Below are positions 40,150 to 52,868 of a stretch of 64,000 nt of DNA, piece after piece. The position numbers and the translations under genes were made by a program. The notes beneath the pieces were generated by a model. That model had not been told where the DNA came from and made no database searches. It saw only the letters and a list, made by a program, of their open reading frames with translations. Position 1 is the first letter of the stretch; each line of letters begins with the position of its first letter. The stretch comes from the human T2T-CHM13v2.0 reference genome, Homo sapiens, in assembly GCF_009914755.1 (NCBI RefSeq), contig NC_060940.1. One strand, given 5' to 3'.

Positions 40150-40930
40150 GTTACTTAATCAGTGACTAGAAATTCATTTTAGTCGATTAATATCTCTAGT
40201 CCTTTGTGGGTGTCAGGAACTGTTCTAAGCCCTGGGGACATAGCATTAAATGAGTCAGGAGAAGGTCTCATCAAAAGACCTTCATGGTATGGGAGAACAG
40301 ATCCCAAAGCACGTATATGAATAAGCAGATAATATATATGCATAGTAAGTTATGAACTTACTGTAATGAATCAAAAAGCAGGGGAGGGGATGGAAAGTAA
40401 GGTGCAATGCTATTTTAGACTCAGCCATCAGAGAAGGCCTGTCTGAGGGGGTAACATTTGAGCAGGGATCTAAATATAAAGTGAACGTGTGACCCATGAA
40501 ACATACAGCAGGTGCAGAGACCCTGTGGTTGAGACATACTTGAGGTGTCCAGGAGTAAGACATCCAGTGTGGCCCACGGATATGAGTACAGGTGAGTTTT
40601 ATAGATAACATCTAGGAGGTAGACAGGGGTCAGAGGAAGTTAGGACTTGGAGGCTGCAGAACATATTTGGGATTTTAACAGTGATGCAGAGGCATTGGAG
40701 GGAGGGTTGTAATCTGACTTTAATGATCAGATAAGACTGCTTTGTGGAGACCAAACTGCCAAAGAACAGAAGAAACAGCACCGAAGGGCAATGGGGGGGC
40801 CCTTACAGCTGTCCAGAGAGGGGTGACAATGGCTTGGGTTAGTGGGGTGGCTGTGGGTGAGAAGTGGTCATCTTTAAGCTGTATTTTGATGGGAGAACAA
40901 ACAGGACATACTGGCAGATTAGAAGTGTAC
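40150..40930 (-). mobile_element. L2 (LINE-2) 3' fragment
   Basis: tgtcaggaactgttctaagccctggggacatagca...cagagaaggcctgtctgaggggg taacatttgagca...gagaagtggtca, the typical antisense L2 3' region. Confidence 0.75.
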
Positions 40931-41809
40931 AAGCTCGAGTCTGTTAAATGTCCACTCCCCACTCTTGTTCTAAGGGTCTATCAGTTAATTCCATGGAGCA
41001 CCAAGGCTTTAATCCCTGAGGAAAGCAAACCCTTTATCCCTGTAGTAATTGTCCCTTGTTGAGGGCTTTGCTGAACTCTCCAAGGTGTAATAGTAACTTA
41101 CTGTCATTTATTGAGCAAATTATGTGTGCTAGTATGATATACATACATGTATATGTATAATGCATGCATATGTATGATAAACTATATATGCATGTATATA
41201 TGTATCACAGTAGTTCAACGAGGTGTTATCCCCATTTTGGAAAGTGAAAAAAACATACACTCAGGTCCAGAAACATTTAGTAGCTTGCCCAGTCACACTG
41301 GAGTCCATCTGATGCCAAAACCCTTCCCCTGGGTCACACTGCCTCCACACACACCTTTTTCTTCACCCTTGGAACTTTGGCCTTCTCACTCCAGATGGAA
41401 TTCTACCTTCCCCAGTATGCTATCTTGCTCCTATGAAACTAGTATTTTGAGTCGGATGACAAAGTTGTTACTATTTGGAAGAGACCCAAGGGCACTGTAT
41501 GATTCTTTAGCAGTTGTTCCACTGGAATTTTATTTAACTTGGCTTGTCCCCTTCAGGCAGCAGGCATATGTTTAGTTCCGTGTGCTGGGAGTACTGGTGT
41601 AGTTGTGGGGACAGAGGGAGCAGATGTCAGGTCAGGAAGCATGTTGCGTATTAGGGAAGAGAGGGTTAAACAGGCCAAGTGTGTTCTAGGTTAATTCACC
41701 AGACGTCTTTTTGCTGAAAGTTAGTGGCTGAAAAACAATTAACAATATGCTAGTCCCTGAAAACCCCAGACAGGTTGAAACAGTTGTTTTAGACACAGAG
41801 TCCAAGAGG

Positions 41810-41831
41810 GTGTGTGTGTGTGTGTGTGTGT
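41810..41831. repeat. (GT)11 microsatellite
   Basis: Seen directly. Confidence 0.9.
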
Positions 41832-42596
41832 ATAAAGGGGGTAGGTGGAGGCTGGGACTCACTAGCAGGAAGATATGCCCCTTCCACCATGCCAGGACCC
41901 ACCATGCATTCCCTTAGCAAATCTGGGGACATATTTTCATCTCAGTTCCTGATGAGTATGGGACACAACCATGTGGGGTGAGGGTAGGGTCTGCAAGAAA
42001 GCCTTGAGCAAATGAACAATCTGCAAAAGCTGTTGAAACTGTTCTCTGTGGGGCAGGTTGCTACCCAAGTTACCAATTAGAAGCAAGTTCAGGGGTACAA
42101 GGAGGTGTCACCAGCGCCTTTCATTTTTCTATCCCCACTTCTCAACCTACACATGCTGCCAGCTACATTAAAACTTTAGGTAATATTTAATATTTAGAAG
42201 AAGTTTCCCAATTGGCCATTCCTCTAACTGATCCTTCAGCAAGTCTCATCTAATTGTCTTTTCTGCATTTTAGTGATTTGATTATTCAGCAAAGTTGTCA
42301 TGCAGTAAATTGATTTGTGGCTAATTGGTCCATTTCCAATAAAGTGTGATATGTATTATAATAGGGAAAGTACAGGGAGCTAAGGGGCCATATAAGCAAA
42401 GGAACTTAGGAAACATACTCCCACTTATTGAGAACCTTCTGTATATGAGGCATAGTCTCAGGCTTGCTGCATGCAATAACAATACCCTATAAAGTGTGTG
42501 CAATCAATTTGTGAAAATTAAAGATGTCTAGATAGTCTGAATTAGCCTAAGTGGGAAAGTGCTGTATCCATGCATGCAGAATTTTAAAAAATGGAA

Positions 42597-42792
42597 TGGT
42601 GGTTATCAAATTCTAGAAGAATGCACCAAAGTCACCTGGAGAACTTGTTACAAATGCAGAGCCTGTTTTGTCGCCTTCCCCTGCCCCTGAGATTCTGATT
42701 CATAAGTCCGGAGAGGGAGCCTGGAAATCTGCATTCTAACAAGTTGCCCCAGATAATTGTAATAGAAAAGACCTCACACCTTGGGACACACT
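42597..42792. mobile_element. MER5A-like fossil
   Basis: tcacctggagaacttgttacaaatgcaga...gattctgattca...gaaatctgcattctaacaag. Confidence 0.75.
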
Positions 42793-42811
42793 AACTGATC
42801 AATCAGGGACC

Positions 42812-43099
42812 TTTTCTCTTTGAGATAGAGTCTCTGTCATCCAGGCTGGAGAGTTCAGTGCAATAGCCTGATCTTAGCTTCCTGTAATCCTGGAATCTAG
42901 CGATCCTCCCACTTCACCCTCCCTAGTAGCTGGGAGTACAGGCAGGTGCTACCACACCCAGCTGATATCTTAATTTTTTGAAGAAATGGGGTCTTGTTCT
43001 ATTGCCCAGGCTGATCTCAAACTCCTGGCCTCAAGCCATCCTGCCCCTTTGGCCTACCAAAGTCCTGCGAGTACAGGCACGGGCCCACCACACCCAGCC
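42812..43099 (-). mobile_element. Alu (AluJ-like, diverged)
   Basis: Reverse Alu with J-type features (gatcctccc, ttgcccaggctg, ctcctggcctcaagc). Confidence 0.9.
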
Positions 43100-43154
43100 A
43101 ACGTTTTTTGTTTCAATGGTAAAAAGAGCACACAATAGGACTTGCTAAAGTTGT

Positions 43155-43425
43155 GTTCACATGTGGCTGTGGAGCCCTTGAGATGTGGCCAGTCCACACC
43201 AGGATGAGTTGTAAGTAAAAAATGCATGCTGGATTTCCAAAACTTAGTACAAAAATGATGTAAAATATATCAATAATTGTGAGTTACACATTGTAGTGAT
43301 GACAGTTTGAATATTCTGGAGAAAATAAAAATGAGTTCACCTTTTTTTTTTACTTTTTAAAATGTTACTGTAAAATTTAAAATGACATATGTCTTGCATG
43401 TGTGGCTTTTATTATGTTTCTCTCA
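43155..43425 (-). mobile_element. MER33-like hAT-Charlie fossil
   Basis: cacatgtggct...ttgagatgtggccagtcc...ggatttccaaaacttagtacaaaaa...aaaatttaaaatgacatatgt. Confidence 0.65.
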
Positions 43426-44874
43426 ATCCCATTTTAGAACCACATTTTTCATTTGGCTCAAATGAATATTGAAAGAGTTTGTGTGTCCCCAAGAACTGGT
43501 CATTTGGAGGTGGGGGATGTTCACCAGGAGTTAAAATGTTGTGACAGATAATCTGGACATTGTCAGTGTCTTGGTATTGGATTTTAACGTTGCCTCCTGG
43601 TGCTAGGTGGGTGTGTTGGTGCTGTAGAGGGACATTCCTTGGGGTTCAGGGCCCAGAACCTCCCTACTTCTCAACCTGCTTGTTTTGTCTTAATCTTTGA
43701 TCTGCTTGCTTTGAGGATGGGAGATGCCAGTACATAAGACTTTGGATCATCAATCCAATTCAGGGGTAGCTCTGACACATGTACCCCTGGGGCTTTACCG
43801 GGAAGCTCACTGATCCCACATAAAATAGACGAGAGGCAATAGCTGCAGTCCTCTCAGTCTTAATAACTGTCACTTGTTTAGTCCTTAACTAGTAATCATA
43901 ACCCTCCTCTCACCCTCACTGTAGCCTTGTACGATGAGGATGCACCATTATCATCTCCATTTATAGATGGTATAACCAACTCAAAGAGAAGAACTTTGAG
44001 ATAGCTTAGCAAGAAGTAACAGTCAGTGTATGACTCTAGAAATTCTGACTGAGGGATCCCCAGCTGCTGTTCAACCCTGCTTCATGGAAGGGTATTGAAA
44101 ATCTCATAAGGGATACAATTTGTTTTTCCTCCTATGGGGTAAAGTATAGCTGGGGTGCCATGGTGATTTCAAAGCACAATAAAAATTCTTAGTGATTTTG
44201 GTAGAGCAGGAGTAGACAAACAAAGGAGAAATGAAATTTCTAAGAGAAGGATGGCCTTGAGCTCTGCATTAAAGAGAATGTGCCTACAGCTCCTTTTTTA
44301 GAGGAGGTATTCTAGGGCAGGAGAATTTCATCACCAAAAGTGGGACTTACTTACTGTGTCTTCTCTACTCCGGGAGTGGCTGCTATTCTGCTTTCCCTCA
44401 AATCTGCTGTTGGGTTTCAGAATAGGAAGAGGTTTTCAGAATAGGAAGAGGTTTTGAATGGCATTGGTGGGCTAGAGAAAAGATGATGTGATCTGATTTG
44501 CTATGGGTAAATGGTCTGAGTCTTTTAGATGCCACAGTGTTGGATTTGTGTACGTATTATGTATGCATAGTTCTGATGTATGACAGGTATCCATGGGCAA
44601 AAAAAAGCAAGTTCTGTGGCTTCTCATGTAGGGTCTAAAAAGCTCAGATGTGTTCCCTCCTACTTCTCAGGGGAGGCAGGGAAATCACGAGGTTGAAAAA
44701 TGTGCTAAGTGATTTCTGAAGTTAAGCGCTTTAAAGACAAGCTAAGGAAGTCAGCAGCAATGAAACTCAAACAGAGCCAGGTAGAGATGACTCCATGTTA
44801 TCTTGGAGCATTTCTTCCACTTCTAGTTGTATCATTTTTGGAGATTTTGCTGCATTTTTAGTCATTTTGTAGGT

Positions 44875-45210
44875 CAGGGGTCCCCAACTGGACACACAGC
44901 AGGTGGTGAGCGGGGTGGGGGGTGAGCAACGCTTCCTGTTTGCAGCCGCCCCCTCTCACTCACATTCCTGCCTGAGCTCCACCTCCTGTCTGACCAGTGG
45001 CAGCATTAGATTCTCATGGGAGCACCAACCCTACTGTAAACTGTGCATGTGAGGCATCTAGGTTGCACACTCCTTTTGAGAATCTAATGCCTGATGATCT
45101 GAAGTGGAACAGTTTTTTTTCCTGAAACTATTCTCCACCTCCCTGGTCTGTGGAAAAACTGTCTTCTACAAAACTGGTCCCTGGTGCCAAGAAGGCCAGG
45201 GACTTCTCCT
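44875..45210 (+). mobile_element. MER1B-like hAT-Charlie fossil
   Basis: caggggtccccaac...gcagcattagattctcat...gagaatctaatgcctgatgatctg...ggtccctggtgccaa. Degenerate TSD ttgtaggt/ctctaggt. Confidence 0.85.
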
Positions 45211-47599
45211 CTAGGTGTTTAGGGACTGGTTTAGTTCCTCCAACTTCAGTATCTTGAGAAGCTTTGAGGATAAGTGAGCTTGGTCATCCCTATGGTCAAT
45301 AAATGTATAAGTCATTGCTCAAATTAAAACTAGGAGAAGGCTATAGTAACCACAGAGGAGTATTTCCCTAAATTCACTAACTGACCAACAGATCTGAAGT
45401 CCAGAACTCAGTTGACCCTTGTAGAGTGAAAGTGAACAGGAACATTTCCTAGATAAACCATTGCTTTCTGAATTTCCCAATACATCCAAGTAGTTATGTT
45501 AATGCTTTCAGGAGGGTTTCTCCCTGTTGCAGCAAACCAGGGTGCATGGCCTGAGGTTCTGGAAACCCTCTCAAATCTTTCTGTAGGGCAGAGGTGGGGT
45601 GGTTGGCACCTGTTGTCTCTCCATGTACCTGCATAGTGCACTGAGATAACTTGTCCTTTCCTTGAATGGCTCTTCTCCTGCAAGATTAAAATCTTGGCCA
45701 TAATTACCCCAACATTTTCTCAAATGGATGCGCACTGGGATTAGCCCAGACCTTACAACCTGGGATTCTGCGATTTGAAAATGGAGATTTTGGTTGTGTG
45801 GTAAATATTTATTGGCATGAAGATAAGAGACTGATCATTTCAGAGATATACTGAGGTGTCCTAAGCTCGGAATTTTTGAAAGATCTTCTGTGAAGTCCCA
45901 TATTCTGGGCTACATTTCTTTGTCCTTTGAAGTGAGCTTTTGTCTCCATTCTGACCCCACAGAATCCCCAAGAAGCTGAGGGGACCTGTCTGCAGTTGCA
46001 GAATTGCCAAGAGATTTGTCAGAAGCCTTCAGCCTCTTTCAGTAGGACTGTGAGATCTTACTGTTTTGCTGCATTTTCATTTAGTGACGAGTATGGGATG
46101 GTTGAGTTGGAAAACATAAATGCCCATAACAGTTTATGATTGACAACGGATTCATTTATTTCTAGTTGGATGAGAGAAGGAAGTAAAGCAGTAGCTGGGG
46201 CAGTGCTGCAGAACTCAGAAGCCATGCGCCCTCCCCTTCTGGTCTTGTTCTTTCTTTTCCTGGCCAATATTGGCTGTGACTCCTTTCCAGCCCCTGAGAA
46301 TTGCTGAAAGCCGAGCATTTTGTCCAAACACGGAACACTTGGTCTGGAATGTATGTTCCAGATGCAGTTCCTCCGGATGGGCAAAAGCAACAACTCATTG
46401 GTAATGATACCAGCAACAATGCAAACCAAAGGATTGTCTTCAACACATCATTTATTTTTCATTTGGAAAAGTCCTCAAACCCCAAAAATGAGGGCAATGA
46501 AATAGGATGAATATCTCAGTGGGATGAGAATCACTTCTTCCTGGGTGCAGGTTACCTTCTGATGTCCCCCTTCTTACCTGGTGCCCCAGAGCACCCCAAC
46601 CAGGGGGGTAGACAGCAGAACTGCTAAATCTCATTTGACCCTATACAGGGAAGTGAAAGAGAACATCCCTTTAGCTAGACCATGGCTCTCTAAAGAGCAT
46701 GCTTTTAGAACCACTGAACCACAGTTGGTGCCCTGTTGCTATGCTGTACGGTAAGTGTGCGACTTGCATGGATTCATTTTTCCAAATACTTAAGACTATG
46801 CCTTAGATATAAGGATAAAGGAGGCACTGTAGTCCCTAATTGCATTGCAGAGACCCGGGCCATTCATTGATCCCTGGTGAGACATCCCATTTTGAATGCA
46901 TACTCTGCAGCCCTTCTCTGTGTTGGGAGGGGTACAAGCCCATGCATTTTCTTGCTGCCATTTGGCTGTTTAGGATGTCTTTGCTACCTTCTGAACTTCA
47001 TCTGAGAGCTGAGCAGATTTCACTCATCTTTCTGCTCCACAGGATTCACCCAGCTATCTCTGGGGTGAGAAGCATGGGGAGATGATACTAATGGAAGAAT
47101 AAAAAGTTCCCAGGGCATAAACGCTCCTCATCAAAATAGGGAGTAAAATATAGTGAAATTAATTAGTGTTCTTACTGTGGCCCTATAAGAAAATTATGTT
47201 AAAACCCTGGTGTGGAGTACCAACATGGGCCCATTGTATCTCATTAGCATCCAGCTTGTTTCAACTAGGTGTACATAGTACTTCTTGCTAACGTGTCTCA
47301 GTAGAGTTGATAAAGCACTTTAACAAACACGGGTTTATATTCCCATTCAAGAGGCTGCATACTTATTCATTTTGCTCCAACACAACCTTAAGTTCAAGTA
47401 AGTATATCCATTTGAACTACATCTGTAACTCATAAATTAGATCTCAACTCCAAAAGCATCTGTAATTTGATCGGTAGAGCTGCATGTGATTATATTAGAA
47501 TGGAATTTTTCAATTGCCTCTGCAGACCAAAAGTCTGGGCAAGGAGGGAGAGATTGGTTTGTGAAATACAATCTCAGAAGCCATGTATCATAATCTCCT

Positions 47600-47800
47600 C
47601 TATCTGTAGGTGGCTTAATATTTACCTGGCTTTCTTGAATGCACCTTGAGTTAGGTAGGGCTCAGTCAGAAAACTACTGCTTTACAAATGAGGAAGATGA
47701 GGCTCAGAGAGCATGCTCTGTCCAAGTCATGAGAGCAAGGACATCATAAAAGCAGAACTCAAACCTGGATCTTTTTGCCCCAAGTCCTGAATCTCCAAGC
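47600..47800 (-). mobile_element. MIR
   Basis: tttacaaatgaggaagatgaggctcagaga...tccaagtcat...gaactcaaacctgg. Confidence 0.65.
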
Positions 47801-48375
47801 CCTCGGGTTGCTTCCCAGTTTTAACTTGTTGCTAAAGGTCAAAAAGATGAGGTCTCATGATGGTTGCAAGCCATGGTGAATTAGCCAGGAAAGCAGTCCT
47901 CTTTTATATCTTTGTTTAGTTTTTCCCTGAAGGCTTTTGATGAGTTTTATGGCAACTTGGCCAGTGTTTTGCAAACTCACAGAAATGATGTAAAAAGTGT
48001 ACACTATTTCTAGAGTCCCCAGAAAGTTTTCTTCTGTCTTGAAGCATCCTGAATGTGTCTGGGAGCAGCTGACCCAGAGTCTTCAAAAAGCGTATCTGAA
48101 TGGGATCATAATTACAGGCATGAGTGTCTCTCCCAGGCCCCATTTCTCTCTTTACTCCTTTGTCTTGCTGCCTCCTCTCTACCTGCACTGTTCTAGACAG
48201 TGGGGATGCAATGGCAGACAAAATAGACACTGCCCCAGCCTCCATGGAGTTCTCGTTCCAGGAGGGTGAAAGGTAAATGATCAGGTGGAGTGGGAAATAA
48301 GATTATTAGAGTTGCTATACAACATGAAGGGGTAGGGATGAAGTTGGAAAATGCCCTTAAAAATAAGAGCAGTCA

Positions 48376-48670
48376 GGCTGGGTGTGGTAGCTCATGTTTG
48401 TAATCCTAGCACTTTGGGAGGCCAAGGCAGGCAGATCACTTGAGGTTATGAGTTTGAGACCAGCCTGGGCAACATGGTGAAATGTTGTCTACAAAATGCA
48501 AAATTTAGCCACGTATGGTGATGGGCGCCTGTAATCCCAGCAACTGGGGAGGCTGAGGCAGAATCGCTTGAACCCAGAAGGCAGAGGTTAGAGTGAGCCG
48601 AGATCATGTCACTGCACTCCAGCCGAGGTGACAGAGCAAGACTCTGTCTCAAAAGAAAAAAAAAAAAAAA
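48376..48670 (+). mobile_element. Alu
   Basis: Full dimer with A tail. Confidence 0.95.
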
Positions 48671-48830
48671 GGCAGAGAGCCAGAGAAAGAAGCATCTCTT
48701 CATCTCTCTAGGGAAGGGACATTTGATTTGAAACATAAAAGATGAAAGTCAGGTGGAGGGTGAGCAAGTGCCAAGACTAAGCAGAGAATGGATTTGCATG
48801 TGTGCAGGAACGATCAAGAAAGCCTGTGTG

Positions 48831-49115
48831 GGCCGGGCATGGTGGCTCATGCGTGTAATCCCAGCACTTTGGGAGGCCGAGGCAGGAGGATCACGAGGTC
48901 AGGAGATCAAAACCATCGTGGCTAACACAGTGAAGCCCCATATCTACTAAAAATAGAAAAATTAGCTGGGTGTGGTGGCAGGTACCTGTAGTCCCAGCTA
49001 TTCGGGAGGCTGAGGCAGGAGAATGGCATGAACTTGAGGGACGGAGCTTGCAGTGAGCCAAGATTGTGCCACTGCACTCCAGCCTTAGCAACAGAGCAAG
49101 ACCAACTCAAAAAAA
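48831..49115 (+). mobile_element. Alu (AluY/Sc-like diagnostics)
   Basis: gatcacgaggtcaggagatc, ggctaacac, gaatggcatgaac, ggagcttgcagtg. TSD-like aa(g/t)cct(g/a)tgtg. Confidence 0.95.
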
Positions 49116-51663
49116 TATTAAATTTTTTAAAAATCCTATGTGCCTGGAGCACAGTAACCAAGGGAAGGAAGATGAAGATTGAAAGAGGGACAGAGGCAGC
49201 TTATTCAAGTTTGGATTTTATTCTAGGATCAATGGAAAACTATTGAAGGGTTTTAAGCGGGGAGTCATAGGATTAGATTTATATTTAAGTGGAGAGATGG
49301 ACAGACTTGAGAGATTTGATACATGTAAATAGCTGCTGGTTTGAAGGAGCAAGAGTTGAAAAAATCAGACAAGATTTATGGCTGTTGAGTTGGTGTTGAT
49401 GAACTAGTGGCATATATTAGTGTAGTCATCATGTGCATGGAGTAAAGTGGACACATTGAAGATTTCTTCCGAAATTACTGATGGATGGGAAGTGGGCACA
49501 TGGAGATCATCATGATCTGACTGCACTACTGCCCACTTTGGCCAGGGATGCATGGTGTGGAGGATGACCATATAGCTGGTCGTGTCCTAACATGGCGACC
49601 GTAAGACCTCTTCCCATCATTCCTGTGGACATCCTGGGTATTGCTGTGCTCTGTCTCCGGGCTGTGCTTAGCCAGCTCTGAGGACATCAGGTTGCTGACG
49701 TGCTTGGCATATCTGCTGCAAACGTAGCACTCAAGTCCACATCTTCCCCAATAACCTTGTGACTAAATTGTAGTGTCACACAAGGGCGTGTTCAGAAATT
49801 AGCATTTGAAAAGAAGCCTCCTTGTTTTCAGTTTGAGCTGACATGATCTCTTTTCCTCTGGGGAAATGAAATTTATTAATCATAATAAAACCATTGGATT
49901 CTGAAGGTAGAGGTCACCCTGAAGAGAAAAGGAGGCAGCTCATTTCTGAGGAGTAGTTCAATGCTGCTGTATTTTCCTTCTGCCTTGGAAGAGAATACTG
50001 CCAAATTGTTACCTTGGGTTTTCCACAAAGGTTGAAACTATGCCCAGCGTTATAGAATTTACCACTGAAGTATGCAGTAGGAAAAGGTGGGAGCTACGCT
50101 TTTATTAAATACATTCAAATTGCCCATATAGTGTCTCCCCAGAAGAGGAAATTATTGCCACAGTAAAACCATTTCCCCAATTTTTAAAATAATATATCTG
50201 AATTTGCATCTTTTCACATTTGTTTTGAGGTAACACCTTGCCATAACATCACTTAACAAACTCTCAAGGATTTCAGTTTGCCTCTGCACTTCATATCCTA
50301 TTTATGAAACAGCTTTGCCAAATTTAAGTACCTTAAAAATAACCCTATTAACAGATTTTTCTCTGGACCAATCAATCACAGACTTCATTCCCTCATGAAA
50401 TAAAGACCAGTACCAAGGTTATAGTTTTCCTTTTATGCCTGTTACTATGTACTTCTAGTTAAGTGGGTAAAGGCCCAGGTCTCAGGAGTGAGCTCTCTGA
50501 ATATATTATTATTTTATCAAAAACTTTTTAACACATCTGCCCTTGGACCGATACCTGTTTTTCCTCCCAGAAAGAAGGATAATCGTTGATTAAAGGCCAT
50601 TTTTGATAAGAAGGACTGAAGGGTGTCCCCAAAGAATGAAAGGCAAGAGGGAGATGACTGTCAGTTTCACTGACAGATTCACCTCAGAAGAGAGGCATCC
50701 CTTCAGGTCCTTGTTTGAGGATCAGGAGAATCCTCTTGAAGCTGAAAGCCTCATCTAGATTATTTGCACTCATCAAGTGCCCTTTGACACAGGCAGATGG
50801 GCTTGAGAGTTGGAAGATGCCCAGTGCAAACCTGGTATAATCAATTGTTTTATTCCACCTAGGGTCTAACTTGGAGTCTGAGAAGGTCCATCATCACGCT
50901 TTCTTCACCTTCTCAGACTCCATGGTGTGAGGTGGTCAAACATGTATTGGATTGGTATCACTTATCTACCAACCATGAGAAAGCTTGGAAGGAAAATGGG
51001 GGGAAAACAGGAAAGGAGAGGGAAAAGGTACGTGCAAATTGGGCTCTAAGGGATGAGAGACGAGCTGAAGGTTGATAATACAGACAAACCATTTCTTCCA
51101 CCAGCCTTGTTCCTTCATTCAGGAAATGGTCAAAGAATCAAAAAACCATGTCGATCCCAGTGAGTGTCTGATGCATTCATGCCGAGCTGCTGTGAATGTT
51201 GGTTGCTAACAGTACAGCTGTTCCCTTCTCCAGAAAATTGCCCCATGTCAGAGGAAGCCACTTTAACTCAATGGTGCATCACTCACTCCTCAGGAAAGCC
51301 CACAGCTAATGCCGAAAACTTATGTAGGCATTAAAAAGCCAACCCACTTGCCTCTAGGTGGAACCTGCTGTAGCATGAAACCCATAGGATCAGGTCGCAG
51401 ATATTCATCTCAGACGTTGCGTTTTTTTTCCCCTTGCTCTGACCTACTTGCCCCTCTCTTCCTCTTGAGGACACCCCATTCGGTAAGTCACTTGCACAGG
51501 AATCTATTCCAGTATCAGCTTTCAAGGAAGGACGTCAGCTTCAGTCAGTATTAAGATAGCAGCATTCAAACTATCTCCAGGAAAATATCTGGCAGGGCAA
51601 ACAAGTATGGGCACAGGATACGGTGGACCAAGCACGCAAGTTGCCCTAAGAGATTCAAGTATC

Positions 51664-51793
51664 AGGCTGAGTGCAGTGACTCACGCCTGTAATCCTAACA
51701 CTGAGAGGCTGAGGCTGGTAGACTACTTGAACCCTGGAGTTTTGAACCAACCTGAGTAACATAGCAAGACTTTGTCTCCCCCCTCATAAAAAA
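51664..51793 (+). mobile_element. Alu monomer (FLAM-like)
   Basis: ggctgagtgcagtgactcacgcctgtaatcc...aacatagcaagac. Confidence 0.85.
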
Positions 51794-52604
51794 TCAAGAT
51801 CTGCCCTGTCTAGTTATGCGACCTTGAGCAAGTGACTTCACTTGATTCCTTTAAAAAAAAAAATTAACTTCCAGATATTTAGTAGGCATTCAGCACGTTT
51901 GGTTTCCATCTCTTCTCCATTTTTATCCTAAAGCCTATACCAGAAGCCATGGCAGGTAGTAGGATGGTAGAGAGAAAAACACAAAGATGAGTAAATGTCA
52001 TTAAGATTTGTTGTTTCAAATGCCTCTCCCTTCCCAGAACCTGGCCATGGATTAATGTGACAGAAGTTCTGGAATAATAGGATCAAAACCAAATCAGTCT
52101 GATTGAATGGGAATGGGGGTCCCACAGACCCTTTAAGGGTGCTTCCATTCAAATATACTTGTTCCTTTCCATTCTAAGATGCTGGACACTAACTTCAGAC
52201 AGGTTCACTTCACCCTTTCTGATTCACCCTATTTCACTTGAATGGTGACAGCTGAATCAGGAGAAAAAGGCACTCTCTTGAGAATTAAAATACCCTCTGT
52301 GGGTGCTGGGCTTAATACTTGAAGTTGTTTCTTTCTTACCTACCTCAGTCTCTAAGGCAGCTACTTGAGCAGTGTAGAAACAGTATTATGGGGGGAGGCA
52401 GGGAAAAGCATATGTAAGTACGTGTGTATATGTGTATATATGTATTTATCTGTCAAACATAGCAATAGCAACCATGTTAAATGCACAAAAAATGTATCAT
52501 GTACAGATGAACTCTTCTTATACTACACAGCAGAGTAGAATTTGCTTCTCACTGGAAGATGAGTAGGGCCCCTGCATACTGTCTTGGTATTTTGGATTTT
52601 ATGA

Positions 52605-52868
<264 letters not shown>

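Larger units (their letters stand above)
48185..49500 (-). mobile_element. L2 fragment interrupted by two Alus
   Basis: tgttctagacagtggggatgcaatg...cctccatggag before the Alus and ttggattttattctagg...ctattgaagggttttaagc after them. Confidence 0.6.

Noticed and set aside
46058-46634. Cluster of five overlapping ORFs
   Set aside because: Short, no recognisable protein, and no poly(A) or TSD signature of a processed pseudogene.
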